Source: Candidatus Omnitrophota bacterium
GTDB taxonomy: Bacteria > Omnitrophota > Gorgyraeia > 1-14-0-20-64-10
NCBI GenBank assembly: GCA_023248155.1
Contig: JAHFFE010000001.1
Location: 20,873 to 84,872, forward strand
Length of the DNA: 64,000 nt
Direction: 5' to 3'
Positions 56,479-64,000 of this stretch are shown piece after piece. Below the pieces are notes generated by a model that was given only the letters and a program-made list of their open reading frames with translations, did no database searches and was not told where the DNA came from. Both the position numbers and the translations under genes were made by a program. Position 1 is the first letter of the stretch. Each line of letters starts with the position of its first letter.

Positions 56479-57183
56479 CTACTGTTTATGAAGCCCGCAT
56501 TCTTTATGCTCCGGATTTTCCCACCACCACCGCCCGGCACGGATATCCTCGCCCGGCTTCACCGCGCGCGTGCAGGGCGCGCAGCCGATCGACGGATAGT
56601 TCTGGTCGTGTAATCGATTATACGGCACATTTTGCTTCTTAATATGCTCCCACACCTGCTGCGTGGTCCAGTCGGCCAGCGGATTGACCTTCGCGATATT
56701 GCCATGTGCCGCATCCTGTTCTAATTTTGGCAGAACCGTGCGCGTTACCGCCTGCTCGCGCCGCAGCCCGGTCACCCAGGCATCCAGACCGGCCAGCGCC
56801 CGATTAAGCGGTTCTACTTTTCGGATGCTGCAGCATTCTTTCCGGTTCTCGATCGACTCACGGAACGAATAAAACCCTTTTTCGCGCTCCAGCTTTTCCA
56901 CGGCTGCTCTTTCCGGGAAATAACTGGTGATCGAAATTCCGTAACGAGACCGGATTTTATCCATCACTTCGTAAGTCTCTTCGTTCAACCGGCCGGTGTC
57001 GAGCGTAAAAACCGGTATATTGAGCTTCAATCGGGCAATAATCTCGATCACCACGACATCTTCAGCGCCAAAACTGGATGCAAACGCAATCTTCGGAAAC
57101 CGTTCCGCGCTCCAGCGCAGAACCTCTTCCGCAGACTTTTTTTCCAGATCAGCTGCCGCTTGTGTTATTTCTTGTATATTCAT
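56479..57183 (-). CDS. cysH: APS/PAPS reductase (4Fe-4S APS type)
   Basis: SSFGAED, LDTG, CCSIRKV.PL, SIGCAPCT, ECGLH. Confidence 0.94.
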   Translation of the reverse strand: MNIQEITQAAADLEKKSAEEVLRWSAERFPKIAFASSFGAEDVVVIEIIARLKLNIPVFTLDTGRLNEETYEVMDKIRSRYGISITSYFPERAAVEKLEREKGFYSFRESIENRKECCSIRKVEPLNRALAGLDAWVTGLRREQAVTRTVLPKLEQDAAHGNIAKVNPLADWTTQQVWEHIKKQNVPYNRLHDQNYPSIGCAPCTRAVKPGEDIRAGRWWWENPEHKECGLHKQ

Positions 57184-57203
57184 GTAGTTTAATTCTTTAA
57201 ATA

Positions 57204-57235
57204 AGTTACTATTCTTGATATTTTTTGTCAAGAAT
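57204..57235 (-). promoter_or_regulatory. cysH operon promoter overlapped by an Rrf2-type palindrome
   Basis: ATTCTTGA-N9-TCAAGAAT (57211-57235) overlaps TTGACA-N17-TAACTT on the minus strand. Confidence 0.7.
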
Positions 57236-57275
57236 TAATGAGCTTATGATATGTAATATCCGCAATCGGATCAAG

Positions 57276-58625
57276 CTATTTTTTGCGTAATTGATCGAGC
57301 CGGATCTGATGCTGGCGCTCCTGTCCCTGATCGGACGGCTGATAATAACGGCGCTGTTCGGGCAAATAGTCCTGTTTGACATGATGCCCTTCATAATCAT
57401 GCGCATATTTGTATCCTTCGCCATGCCCCAATTTCTTGGCGCCGGAATAATGGGCGTCTTTTAAATGTGTCGGCACTTCCAGCGTTTTACCGGCTTTTAA
57501 ATCGGCCATCGCCTGGTCAATCGCCATAATAGCGGCATTGGATTTGGGCGCCATCGCCACATAGATCGTCGCCTGCGAAAGCGGGATCCGGCACTCGGGC
57601 ATCCCGAGAAATTCCACCGCCTGCTGCGCGGCCATGGCAATCAACAGCGCCTGCGGATCGGCGTTGCCGACATCTTCCGACGCGCAGATGACCAGCCGCC
57701 GCGCAACGAACCGCGGATCTTCTCCGGCGTAAAGCATCTTGGCCAGCCAGTAAACAGCCGCGTCGGGATCGGATCCGCGCATGCTTTTAATGTAGGCCGA
57801 GATCGTATTGTAGTGGGCGTCTTCGTCGCGGTCATAGACGACCGCTTTTTTCTGGATCGATTCCTGCGCGTCGTTTAATCCGATCGAAACGGTCCCGTCG
57901 GCGCCGACCGGCGTCGTGGTCACGGCCACTTCCAGTGCGTTGAGCGCGCGGCGGGCATCGCCATCACAACAGGCGGCCAGAAATTTCAGCGCGGCTGCGT
58001 CGGCTTTCACTTTTAGCTTGCCCAGGCCGCGTTCGGAATCGACCAACGCGCGGCGCATCAATTCCAACAAATCATTTTCGGAAAGGGGTTTGAGTTCCGC
58101 GACGATTGAGCGCGACAACAGCGGCGCGATCAGCGAAAAAAACGGGTTGTGCGTCGTAGCGCCGACCAGCAGAATGGTGCCGTCTTCCACCTCGGGCATC
58201 AGAACATCCTGCTGCGCCTTGTTAAACCGGTGAATCTCGTCGATAAACAACACCGTGCGGGCGCCGGCTTGCGCGCGGCGGAACCGCGCCTGTTCAATGA
58301 TGCGGCGTAAATCGTCGACGCCGGCAGCCACCGCGTTGATCCGCTCGACTGGACTTTTCGTGCGCGCGGCGACTAAAAAGGCCAGCGCGGTTTTTCCGCA
58401 GCCGGGCGGACCGTATAAAATCACGCTGGTCAAACGATCGGCTTCAATCGCGCGGCGCAGTAATTTTCCGGGACCCAGCAGATGCGGCTGGCCGACATAT
58501 TCGTCGAGCGTGCGCGGGCGCATCCGGGCCGCCAGCGGCGCATGGGCAAACGGAACGGCGTCCGCAGAATCGGAACTGCGAAACAGGTCGGAGCCGGTGG
58601 ATGTCGTTGATTTTTTAGGTGCCAT
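57276..58625 (-). CDS. rarA: Replication-associated recombination protein A
   Basis: PLAARMRP, GPPGCGKT, DEIHRFNKAQQD, KSMRGSDPD, SEDVGNADP. Confidence 0.96.
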   Translation of the reverse strand: MAPKKSTTSTGSDLFRSSDSADAVPFAHAPLAARMRPRTLDEYVGQPHLLGPGKLLRRAIEADRLTSVILYGPPGCGKTALAFLVAARTKSPVERINAVAAGVDDLRRIIEQARFRRAQAGARTVLFIDEIHRFNKAQQDVLMPEVEDGTILLVGATTHNPFFSLIAPLLSRSIVAELKPLSENDLLELMRRALVDSERGLGKLKVKADAAALKFLAACCDGDARRALNALEVAVTTTPVGADGTVSIGLNDAQESIQKKAVVYDRDEDAHYNTISAYIKSMRGSDPDAAVYWLAKMLYAGEDPRFVARRLVICASEDVGNADPQALLIAMAAQQAVEFLGMPECRIPLSQATIYVAMAPKSNAAIMAIDQAMADLKAGKTLEVPTHLKDAHYSGAKKLGHGEGYKYAHDYEGHHVKQDYLPEQRRYYQPSDQGQERQHQIRLDQLRKK

Positions 58626-58654
58626 TCGTTGCCATCAATTCAGGAGAAGGATAA

Positions 58655-58840
58655 GCCCCGCCTGCGCCGTGTGCGGATGAATCATGAACCTGGTTTGACC
58701 AAGTTGGGAACCCGCTCACCTGTTTCTTGCTTCCCTCCCTCGACGGGTGGGCCTGCACTCCGCAGATGAAGACAAGCTCCCTTTTGATTCTGACTGTTGG
58801 TTCAGAATCAATCCGCCAAACACGCACGCCACAGGGCCAC
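58655..58840 (-). ncRNA. ssrS: 6S RNA
   Basis: About 185 nt; 5' GCCCTGTGGCGTGCGTG..GCGGA pairs with 3' TCCGCACACGGCGCAGGCGGGGC; TGAACC/GGTTCA stem; TG-G-TATAAG promoter; lies upstream of rarA. Confidence 0.8.
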
Positions 58841-58907
58841 TTCCCTTATACCACGCCTTTTGCTACAGTAAAAGCGAACTTCGACCCACTAAAAAGGAGG
58901 TTGCGCA

Positions 58908-59528
58908 ATGCCGGATCTTTACAGCAATGTTCATCTGATCTTACGCTGGCTGCATGTGCTGGCGGGAATTACCTGGATTGGTCATCTCTATTTCTTCAAT
59001 CTCGTGAATGTGCCGCTGCAGGGTTCTCTCGACGATGCCGGCAAAAAAATAGTAAACCCGCAATTGATGCCGCGCGCGCTCTGGTGGTTCCGCTGGGGAG
59101 CGATGATCACCTGGGTGGTCGGCATCGCGCTGTTCACGCTGATTTATATGTATACGCCGGGTGTTGGCTTCGGACCGTCGGCTTTGTTTATGGACGGCGG
59201 CAAATTAACCGACCGCGCGATGTGGATTTTATTCGGCGGACTGTTGGGCACCATCATGTGGTTCAATGTCTGGATGATCATCTGGCCGATCCAGAAGCGG
59301 CTGCTGACCGGCAAGGTTCCTGCCGCGGAAATCGCGCAGCAGCGGCGCAAGGCTTATCTGGCTTCGCGCACCAACACCTTCCTCTCCGGCCCGATGTTAT
59401 TCGCGATGCTGGCGCCGTCTCATTATGGGGCGATGTCACTGCAGGCGTTCTTAATGGCGGTTGGAGTCGGCGTCGTGGCGGTATTCTGGGCGATTAAAGC
59501 CTCGCCGAAGGTCGGCAAGCTCTCGTAA
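58908..59528 (+). CDS. Urate oxidase N-terminal/PuuD-like membrane protein
   Basis: RWLHVLAGITWIG..YFFN, LWWFRWGA, GTIMWFNVW.IIWP.Q, ASRTNT.LS.PML; AGGAGG RBS. Confidence 0.85.
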   Translation: MPDLYSNVHLILRWLHVLAGITWIGHLYFFNLVNVPLQGSLDDAGKKIVNPQLMPRALWWFRWGAMITWVVGIALFTLIYMYTPGVGFGPSALFMDGGKLTDRAMWILFGGLLGTIMWFNVWMIIWPIQKRLLTGKVPAAEIAQQRRKAYLASRTNTFLSGPMLFAMLAPSHYGAMSLQAFLMAVGVGVVAVFWAIKASPKVGKLS

Positions 59529-59540
59529 GCGTACTAAAAC

Positions 59541-59580
59541 AAAAAGCCGTTCGTCCTGTCATGGGATGAACGGCTTTTTT
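59541..59580. terminator. Bidirectional terminator
   Basis: AAAAAGCCGTTCGTCC...GGATGAACGGCTTTTTT between convergent genes. Confidence 0.88.
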
Positions 59581-59591
59581 GTTGGGCTTAT

Positions 59592-61676
59592 TTAGCGCAG
59601 AACGGCCTGAAACTTTTCGGAGAGGGCCTGCACTATTTTTTGATGCGCGGCCTGGACTTCTTCTTCGGTCAGCGTCTTGTCGCCGGTGGAATAAACCAGC
59701 CGGAACGCAGCGCTTTTCTTTCCGGCGGGAACCTGCTTTCCTTTATACAGATCAAACAGCTCCGCGTTTTCCAGCAGCGGCTTGCCGGATAAAAGAATCG
59801 TTTCCATCAACTGCGCGTAAGAAACGTCTTCGGAAATTAAAACGGCCAGGTCGCGCAGCACCGGCGCCACTTTCGGAAGCGGTACCAGCGTATGCTCCCG
59901 TGCTTTCATGCGGCAGATTTTTTCCAGATCCAGTTCCGCATAATAAAGCGCAACCTCTGCCGGGATTTCATAGGCGGCGGCCACGGCCGGATCAATCTTT
60001 CCGGCAACGCCGAGCGAAACGGTTTCCGCCTCAAACGAAATCACGGGGCCGGAATAATAACTGTTTCCATTTTCACGAACCGATTCGGAAACCGAAATAC
60101 CGGCAAATGAAAAAAGCTGCCGAATAACCCCCTTCAAGTGCAAAAGCTCCAGCGGCTTGGACGGTTCTCCCCAGGCCTGCGCCGGCGTGCCGGCCACCAA
60201 CAGCGCCAGCCGTTTCGGTTGATCAGGTGTAAATTCTTTCTGCGTTTCCGAACGGCGGTAGATCGATCCGATTTCAAAAAGCTGGAACGCGCTAGCCGCT
60301 TTGCGGTTTAAATTGCGCGACACCGTTTGCAGCGCGCCAATCAGCAGCGTGCTGCGCATCACGCTGTATTCACGGCTGAGCGGATTCCATAATTCGAGCA
60401 GTTGTTCCGGCGGAATCCGGACTTTTCCATGGTCGTCGGGATGAACCAGGCTGTACGACAAAATTTCCTGATAACCGGATGAGGCCAGCTGAGCGCGGAC
60501 CGCTTCTTCGCGGACAAACGCCGGATCTTCATTCACGGTCCAGTCATCGCGCAGTTCTTCGCGCGGCAGCGGCGGCAGTGTTGCCGGACAGCGGTCATAT
60601 CCCCATAACCGCGCGATCTCTTCATTCAAATCTTCCGGAATTTTCAGATCAGCGCGCCAGGAAGGAACTTCGGCTTTTAATCCGCGGCCCGTCGGAACGA
60701 CGCGGCATCCGATCCGTTCCAGAAATTTTTTCTGCTGCGCCGATGTGGCGCGGATGCCCAAAATTTCGCGCGCCTTCTTCGGTTTGAAAACAATGGCGCG
60801 GGATTCCAGCCCGCTTTCGCCGGCATCGGTTATCGCCGTGATTTTCCCGCCGCCCAGCGCGACGATCATCCGCGCCGCGCGGATCGCCGCAGCAGCGGTC
60901 CGTTCCAAATCAACACCCCTCTCAAACCGGTACGACGATTCAGAACTGATTTTCGTTTCGCGCACAGTGCGCCGGACTGAGGACGGTGAAAACCAGGCCG
61001 CCTCTAAAAAGAGACGGCGTGTTTGTCCGGAAATCTCGGTTTCTTTTCCACCCATCACGCCGGCCAATGCCACGGGATGTTCCGCATCGGCAATCACCAG
61101 CGTTCCGGCCGACAACGTCCGTTTATCTCCGTCGAGCGTGACCAGTGTTTCACCGGCGCGCGCCGCGCGGATATGAACCGGTCCCCCGCCGAGCCGGTCT
61201 AAATCAAACGCGTGCATCGGCTGGCCGAATTCCATCATGCAGTAGTTGGTCACATCGACAAGGTTATTGATCGAACGGATCCCCAGCCGTTCCAGCCGCT
61301 GGGTCATTTCTGCGGGCGAGGGTTTTACCTCAACCCCTTCAATCACAATGCCGACATAGCGCCGGCACCCGATCGGATCATCGATCGAAACCGGAATGCT
61401 TTTCCCGTCGGGCAGCCGCGGCAGACGGCACTCTTTATCGAGCCAGCGCGGAAAACGGAACTGCCTTCCCAAAACGGCTGCGGTTTCGCGCGCGATTCCC
61501 AAATGCGAAAGCAGGTCGGGACGGTTGGGCGTTACCTCCGCCTCAAAGCGCCAGTCACCGTCGATTTCCTGCAGCGAATTAACCTCGAGTCCGGCCAATG
61601 TCAGCCGGTCGGCCAGCGCCTGCGCCGGAAGCGACAACTCCAGATAATCGCGCACCCAGGAAAGAAGAAATTTCAC
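59592..61676 (-). CDS. pheT: Phenylalanine-tRNA ligase beta subunit (short form)
   Basis: EVTPNRPDLLS, INNLVD.TNY, RFERGVD, C-terminal FDX-ACB domain. Confidence 0.95.
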   Translation of the reverse strand: MKFLLSWVRDYLELSLPAQALADRLTLAGLEVNSLQEIDGDWRFEAEVTPNRPDLLSHLGIARETAAVLGRQFRFPRWLDKECRLPRLPDGKSIPVSIDDPIGCRRYVGIVIEGVEVKPSPAEMTQRLERLGIRSINNLVDVTNYCMMEFGQPMHAFDLDRLGGGPVHIRAARAGETLVTLDGDKRTLSAGTLVIADAEHPVALAGVMGGKETEISGQTRRLFLEAAWFSPSSVRRTVRETKISSESSYRFERGVDLERTAAAAIRAARMIVALGGGKITAITDAGESGLESRAIVFKPKKAREILGIRATSAQQKKFLERIGCRVVPTGRGLKAEVPSWRADLKIPEDLNEEIARLWGYDRCPATLPPLPREELRDDWTVNEDPAFVREEAVRAQLASSGYQEILSYSLVHPDDHGKVRIPPEQLLELWNPLSREYSVMRSTLLIGALQTVSRNLNRKAASAFQLFEIGSIYRRSETQKEFTPDQPKRLALLVAGTPAQAWGEPSKPLELLHLKGVIRQLFSFAGISVSESVRENGNSYYSGPVISFEAETVSLGVAGKIDPAVAAAYEIPAEVALYYAELDLEKICRMKAREHTLVPLPKVAPVLRDLAVLISEDVSYAQLMETILLSGKPLLENAELFDLYKGKQVPAGKKSAAFRLVYSTGDKTLTEEEVQAAHQKIVQALSEKFQAVLR

Positions 61677-62725
61677 CGTATCCCTCCCGGGAACTGCTCC
61701 AAAAAGCGGGCGTCATTCTCATAGAAATAGCGGATGTCTTCAATGCCGTGCAATAACATCGCGATTCGTTCCACGCCCATGCCGAATGCAAACCCCGTCG
61801 TGCCGGGCAAATAATTAACGGCCTTGAAAACTTCCGGATGGACCATGCCGCACCCTAAAATTTCAAGCCATCCTTTTTGTCCGCAGACGCGGCAGCCTTT
61901 TCCGTCGCAGAAAATACAGCTTAAATCGGCCTCGGCGCTCGGTTCGGTGAATGGAAAGTAGTGCGGCCGGAATCGCAGGCGGGCTTTTTCGCCGAACATG
62001 CCGCGGGCCCATGCGATCAGCGTCCCTTTCAGGTCGCCGAACGTCAGCCCTGGACAAACGGCCAATCCTTCCACCTGATGAAATTGAAAACAATGCGTCG
62101 CGTCGACAGCATCGGGACGGTAAACGCGGCCGGGCACGACGATTCTCAGCGGCGGCTTGTGGGTATCCATAAACCGGATCTGAACCGGAGAGGTATGCGA
62201 CCGCAATAAATAGCCGGTCCGTTTTCCGTGATCCGCCATATAAAAAGTGTCGAACCCTTCGCGCGACGGATGATCGGGCGGAATATTCAGCGCATCAAAA
62301 TTATTCCGCTCCACTTCGATCTCGGGACCCTGCACGACGGAGAATCCCTGCGCGCGGAAATTATTTAAAATACGGTCGATCACCTGCGAGATCGGGTGAC
62401 TGCGGCCAATGGAAGGAGGATAACCGGGTAAAGTGGCATCGATGCCGGATGATTTTGCGGGAGCGGAACCGGAAAGATTCGTGCGCCGTGCGGCCAGCGC
62501 TTCTTCAAGCCGCTGTTTGGCCGCGTTGAGTTGCTTGCCCAGCTTCCCTTTTTCTTCGGAAGCAAGACCCGGGTCTTTCATCGCGGAAAACTGCTCTGTT
62601 AATTTTCCCTGACGGCCAAGGTACAGGACGCGCACCGCCTCGACGGCGGCGGCGTCCTTAGCCTGTTCCAGCGCGGCAAGCGCTTCTGCCGTGATGGACT
62701 CCAGCTGAACTTCGCGCTGGCTCAT
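61673..62725 (-). CDS. pheS: Phenylalanine-tRNA ligase alpha subunit
   Basis: LLRSHTSPVQ, FHQVEG, YFPFTEPS, GFAFGMGVER. Confidence 0.97.
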   Translation of the reverse strand: MSQREVQLESITAEALAALEQAKDAAAVEAVRVLYLGRQGKLTEQFSAMKDPGLASEEKGKLGKQLNAAKQRLEEALAARRTNLSGSAPAKSSGIDATLPGYPPSIGRSHPISQVIDRILNNFRAQGFSVVQGPEIEVERNNFDALNIPPDHPSREGFDTFYMADHGKRTGYLLRSHTSPVQIRFMDTHKPPLRIVVPGRVYRPDAVDATHCFQFHQVEGLAVCPGLTFGDLKGTLIAWARGMFGEKARLRFRPHYFPFTEPSAEADLSCIFCDGKGCRVCGQKGWLEILGCGMVHPEVFKAVNYLPGTTGFAFGMGVERIAMLLHGIEDIRYFYENDARFLEQFPGGIR

Positions 62726-62742
62726 CGTCAGACCGCTTGGGT

Positions 62743-63108
62743 TTACGCGGCCTTCGGCAGCGCGTTCTTGGCGATGCTGACCAACTGAACGAACGCCCCC
62801 TCATCGGTGGCGGCCAATTCAGCCAGGATCTTGCGGTCCAGTGAAACATTCGCGGCCTTCAGGCCGGCGATAAACTGGCTGTAGCGGATTCCCTGCTCTT
62901 CGCAGCCGGCTTTAATCCGGACAATCCACAATGAACGAAAATCACGCTTGCGAACTTTCCGGTCGCGGGTGGCATAGGCCATCGCGCGGTAGACCGTTTC
63001 TTTCGCTCGGCGGTAAATCTTGGATCGCTTGCCCCATGCGCCCTTGGCGCGTCCAATCATCCGCTTGTGGCGCTTCTTGCTCGATACAGAATGTGTTACG
63101 CGTGCCAT
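62743..63108 (-). CDS. rplT: 50S ribosomal protein L20
   Basis: MARV, RDRK..KRDFRSLWIVRI, LDRKILAELA. Confidence 0.97.
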   Translation of the reverse strand: MARVTHSVSSKKRHKRMIGRAKGAWGKRSKIYRRAKETVYRAMAYATRDRKVRKRDFRSLWIVRIKAGCEEQGIRYSQFIAGLKAANVSLDRKILAELAATDEGAFVQLVSIAKNALPKAA

Positions 63109-63126
63109 TTCAATTCCTCCTAAAAA

Positions 63127-63324
63127 TTACCGGCCGGGCAGAAGCCGCTCAATGCGCTTCTGATCCGCGGCGCTTAAATAAGCGGTTCCACGGAGATTCC
63201 GTTTGCGCTTGCTGGTGCGATGGCTCAGTAAATGTCCGCGGTTGGATCGCTTGTGCTTGATCTTGCCCGAAGCGGTGAAACTGAACCGCTTCGCGGTTGC
63301 CTTGCGTGTCTTTAACTTCGGCAT
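63127..63324 (-). CDS. rpmI: 50S ribosomal protein L35
   Basis: MPKLKTRKATAKRF..T.SGK. Confidence 0.97.
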   Translation of the reverse strand: MPKLKTRKATAKRFSFTASGKIKHKRSNRGHLLSHRTSKRKRNLRGTAYLSAADQKRIERLLPGR

Positions 63325-63336
63325 GAAAAACCTCCC

Positions 63337-63879
63337 TTATGCTTTCGGAGCCAGTGTCATATAAATGAACCGGCCTTCTTGCATCGGCGCCCGTTCGACC
63401 TGGGCGACTTCCGCAATTTCCTGTTGTAATCGATTCATCAGGCGCATCCCGAACTCCTGGTGCGCCATTTCCCGTCCGCGAAACATCAGCGTGACTTTCA
63501 CTTTGTTTCCCTGCTTCAAAAACCGGCCGAGCGACCGGAACTTGGTTTGATAATCATGCTCGTCGATGCGCGGACGAAACCGCAATTCCTTTAACTGGGA
63601 TTGCCGCTGATGATGCCGGTTCTCGCGCTCCTGCTTCGCGCGGGTATACATGAATTTCGAAAAATCCATGATGCGGCACACCGGCGGATTGGCCTGCGGG
63701 GCCACTTCCACCAAATCCAAACCTGCCTCCTGCGCCTGTTTGAGCGCGTCAGCAATCTGCACTACTCCAAGCTGTGCTCCTTCTGCGCCAACCAGACGTA
63801 CTTCCCGAACGCGAATCCGTTCGTTTGTGCGCACATCGCTTTCACGCGATGCGCTGCCCGCAGTATATTTTCCCAGCGT
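63337..63879 (-). CDS. infC: Translation initiation factor IF-3 (non-canonical start, approximate)
   Basis: NERIR..EVRLV, LDLVEVAP...PPVCRIMD, FRGRE; GGAGG precedes in-frame ACG (63879) and CTG (63876). Confidence 0.93.
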   Translation of the reverse strand, partial: TLGKYTAGSASRESDVRTNERIRVREVRLVGAEGAQLGVVQIADALKQAQEAGLDLVEVAPQANPPVCRIMDFSKFMYTRAKQERENRHHQRQSQLKELRFRPRIDEHDYQTKFRSLGRFLKQGNKVKVTLMFRGREMAHQEFGMRLMNRLQQEIAEVAQVERAPMQEGRFIYMTLAPKA

Positions 63880-63895
63880 ATTGTTCCTCCCTAAT

Positions 63896-64000
63896 TTATT
63901 GTTTGTTCTCGATCTCTCGCGTCAGCCGTTCGATGAATTCCTCAACGGTTACTGCGCCCAGATCGCCTTCCTTGCGCGCGCGTACAGCCACTTTTCCGGC
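63896..64000 (-). CDS. thrS: Threonine-tRNA ligase, C-terminal end (partial)
   Basis: AGKVAVRARKEGDLGAVTVEEFIERLTREIENKQ*; canonical position before infC. Confidence 0.88.
   Translation of the reverse strand, partial: AGKVAVRARKEGDLGAVTVEEFIERLTREIENKQ

Noticed and set aside
58615-58827. 70-aa ORF upstream of rarA
   Set aside because: Coincides with the 6S RNA structure.
1-64000. CRISPR arrays, IS elements, prophage
   Set aside because: No spaced direct repeats, transposases, integrases or phage structural genes were seen by eye.

Overview
About 55% GC bacterial chromosome, gene-dense and mostly on the minus strand. Gene content (short PheT, TIGR04073-like protein, PG-binding lipoprotein) suggests a PVC-group organism, possibly Omnitrophota; this is inference only. 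The right third is core or near-core: thrS end-infC-rpmI-rplT-pheST, 6S RNA-rarA, a sulfur-assimilation/siroheme operon, ygfA-ymdB-radC-xseAB-gltX-tRNA-Gln. The left 40 kb is accessory: an ECF sigma/anti-sigma operon, a Fur-box-led flavinylation + TonB operon, an OmpR-type two-component system whose kinase has an in-frame stop, O2-using diiron/Rieske enzymes and a stress-gene cluster. Best leads: (1) an operon with a Tes/GDGT-synthase-like radical SAM enzyme, a divergent Lgt paralogue and a membrane protein with a C-terminal lipobox-like Cys; (2) six promoters with the same three-half-site, 11-bp-period architecture, defining a candidate regulon that includes two unannotated metallothionein-like genes; (3) a c-di-GMP-I (GEMM) aptamer with two large structured insertions; (4) several micro-proteins missed by the ORF track. 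No CRISPR, transposase or integrase was seen. Family assignments come from motif recognition by eye, not database searches.
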